A stretch of 64,000 bases of DNA, from the NCBI GenBank assembly GCA_047495785.1, contig JBLDXI010000048.1, positions 434,001 through 498,000 on the forward strand, in the 5' to 3' direction. Of this stretch, positions 60,965 to 64,000 are shown piece after piece (the first letter of the stretch is position 1; every line of letters begins with the position of its first letter). Made by a program: the position numbers and the translations under genes. The notes under the pieces were generated by a model. It had not been told where the DNA came from. It was given only the letters and a program-made list of their open reading frames with translations, and made no database searches. Source of the DNA: Lepidodermella squamata. Taxonomy: Eukaryota > Animalia > Gastrotricha.

Positions 60965-63900
60965 ATGCCTGGAGTGGGTGACTCTGAAGACAGCCATTCC
61001 GATGGAAATGATGATTCCAGGCGAGCTGCTGCCCCGAAGCGGGCATCCGGGATCGTCGTTCCTGATGAATTAAAAGAGGTCAGATTTTGGAAATGCATTT
61101 CTGAATGTGGTTATCAAGTGCTGTATATTATTATTGATACCTAACAGCTCGCCAAATCAGAACCTGAACTTTTCGGACTGCGCAGATCAGGTCGTCGCAG
61201 ACAAGAAGTTGAACGTTATACTGTTGACGCGGTAAGTGCAGCTTGATACTTGTTTTTTATTATTTGTCAGCACTAGAACCAAATCACGATTTATTGATTA
61301 AGCCGTATAGTCATTTGAATCTGATGCATCATTATTGTTGTCCCAAATCAGTCCCATGAACTTTGGACTCCACAATTATTAAATAATTTATTGTCATCTC
61401 ATCTCTCATGTCTAGGAATCGTCCGATGATGACCCAAAGCCTAGTAAGCGCCGCAATGCTGCTCGACAGTCTGGGCAAAAGCGTACCCATCGGCATCTCA
61501 GGTGAGGAATGCCTCGCCCTAATTTCATTGCATTCATTCGTTTTTGTGTAATTAGTTCTTCCAGTGATGAAGATAAGAGTTCGGATGCATCTGAGTCAGA
61601 AGCTTCCGATGTTTCTAACACCTCATGGAGCAACAAGAAGCCTGCCCGTCGTACCACCCGTCGCCAAGCGGCTTCAAAAAAGAAAGTGTCTTACAAGAAA
61701 GCCTTTTCAGAGGGAAGCTCCGACGAATCCTCCGACGAAGATCGTCGACGTCGCCCAGGTCGGCAGCGTGAACGCAACGCGACAGTCAACTACCGCGAAT
61801 CGAGTTTGAGCGAATCTAGCGATTCCGGTGAGCAAGCAACTGCGGCATGGAATGCTCAAGTCGAAACCATCGACCGCGTCCTAGGCTTCCGGCGTGGCCT
61901 ACCTGAGGCGACCGGGCCGAAAACTACCATCTACAATTGTGAAGAAAATGGAGACCCAAATGCAAGTTACGACGCTGAGAAGTCAGAAGGTGTCGACCAG
62001 TACCTAATCAAATGGCTCGGCTGGTCTCACCTGCATAACACCTGGGAAACCGAAGACGGGTTGTTCGATCAAGGTGTGGCTGGGTTGAAGAAACTCGAAA
62101 ATTACAAGAAGAAGCTGAAGGAACAAGCCAGAGCTAAGCGGAAAGGCGGTCGTGATGAGGAGGAGTGGTATAATGTTCAGGATGAAATGGAGTCGCAACT
62201 TCTGAGTGAATACTGCCAACTCGAGAGGATTATTGCTGAAAATGAAGATTCAGGTGATTTGTTGTGTAAATGGAAGTGTCTACCCTACAGTGAGTGTACC
62301 TGGGAAGACTCGGCGCTGATAAAAAAGCGATTCACCCCTCTCCTCGAGCAATATCGGCACCTTCATACTAATCGAAAGGTGACGCTATGGCCGACTCCGA
62401 AGGGCGCGGGTCCAAAGGTCAAAGCGGCGAGGCAAGGTTCGAGACGTGATAAAATGATACTCCAAAATCAGCCGGATTACATCGGTAGAATGGAGGCCAA
62501 CGCCGACGGACCTGCCTTGCAATTACGGTCTTATCAACTGGCAGGTATCAACTTTTTGCATCGATCCTGGGTCTCGTCTCGCTCAGTCGTTTTAGCCGAT
62601 GAAATGGGGTTGGGTAAAACTGTTGAAATCGCGACTTTCCTCTCAGTTCTCTACCATGAGCATAATATTACCGGACCGTTCTTGGTTGTTATCCCGCTGT
62701 CAACTGTCGTCGGCTGGCAACGAGAATTTGCGATATGGTGCCCTGAAATGTATACCGTGACGTATTTGGGCGACGCTCAATCGCGCCAAATGATTCGCGA
62801 GTACGAATGGTGGCACCCTGATCGGCGGCATTTGAAGTTCAACGTGTTGATAACCACGTACGAAATCGTTTTACGCGACAAGTCTTTCCTCGGCTCCGTT
62901 GACTGGGCCGCGCTGGTCGTCGATGAAGCGCATCGGTTGAAAAACGACGATTCACTGCTGTATCGGACGCTGCAGCCGCCGAACTTTCCGACTGAGTACC
63001 GAATTTTGGTCACTGGCACGCCTTTGCAGAATACGCTGAAAGAACTTTGGGCGTTGTTGCATTTTGCGAATCCGGAACACTTCGATGACTGGTCGGCCTT
63101 TGAAGAACGGTGTACGGCAGCGCAACGGGGCGGAGCGGTTCCGCTTCAGGGCCTTCATCAAGAACTTGTGCCTTTCATTCTTAGGTAAGAAATTGTATTT
63201 TTTTAAATCGAAAATTTATTTTTTTATCGATTTTCTCAAAATGCTCATTTTTCCTATTGAATTATTCGATAGAACTATAAAATATGTTTGAAATATAGCC
63301 AGCGATTGAAAATTCTTGAATTTTGATCAAATAATTGCGTTTAATCCAATAATTCTTAATTTTTTGTATTTTTTTAGACGAACGAAGCGTGTTGTTGAAA
63401 AAGAGCTGCCAGCGAAAATCGAACGAATTTTGCGAGTTCCAATGACGCAACGCCAGAAGCAGATTTACCAATGGCTTTTGGCGAGAAATTACGCCGAACT
63501 GACGCGATCCGCGACAGCCGGTGGGACATTCAGCGGCAGTCTCATCAACGTTGTTATGGAGCTGAAAAAGTGCTGCAACCACTGCGATCTCATTATCAAG
63601 CCTGACATCGACTACACGGGCCAACAGGACGTGTTGGACCCGAGTTTGGGCGAAAACGAAGCGTTAATCACCCCGAGACTTGCCGCATTGCTAAGGTAGC
63701 TAGTTTTCTATCTATCCATATTCGAATATTTTCATATTTAGAAAACTTCGAAATTATGTTTTGAATAAAAAGTTGAAGAAATAGCATTTAATCCGAAACC
63801 AGATGTCCTTTTTCTCCTCCTGAATTCTCAGTGTTTAATCATTTATTGTTTATAAAGTAAGATTTTTTTCAAAATTGGCTGAAGTCATTGTTATAACAGA

Positions 63901-64000
63901 AGGGCCGAATTTCTTTGAATTATTGCTCAATTACTCATTTTTGGTTTTAAAAGGCTTCATTTCATTTACGAAAGCGAGTGCAATGTTTTGTGCGAAGTGA
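60965..64000 (+). CDS. CHD1: Chromodomain-helicase-DNA-binding protein CHD1/2 family, 5' part; continues beyond the window
   Basis: PELFGLRRSGR; two chromodomains (YLIKWLGWSHLHNTWE, KWKCLPYSECTWE); SNF2 motifs LADEMGLGKT, VDEAHRLKN, TGTPLQN, MELKKCCNH; ATGPKTTIY insert typical of CHD1/2. Confidence 0.92.

Overview
Eukaryotic (invertebrate metazoan) genomic DNA with short GT-AG introns of about 50-60 nt, so most ORF-track entries are exon fragments or noise. In order: the 3' end of a multi-PLAT-domain (LOXHD1-like) gene; a tandem array of four secreted astacin-EGF-CUB-kringle-Cys-rich genes (3.7-41.2 kb), all lacking the zinc-binding and catalytic residues and interleaved with many, often nested, transposons (a near-intact Sola1-type transposase, Sola1/hAT/P-like/Tc1-pogo/MULE-type MITEs, I/Jockey and CR1/L2 LINE relics, tRNA-like palindromes); a divergent GABA-B-like class C GPCR; an intronless Cys-loop channel subunit fused to an N-terminal LamG/ConA-like domain through a mucin stalk; a type I membrane protein with IgGFc-binding domains, acidic DGxDNDCD repeats, a collagen helix and EGF domains; a divergent nAChR-like subunit; and the 5' part of CHD1. 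The strongest candidates for novelty are the LamG-mucin-pLGIC fusion and the conserved pseudo-astacin array. All domain calls are by eye from motifs; no database search was run.
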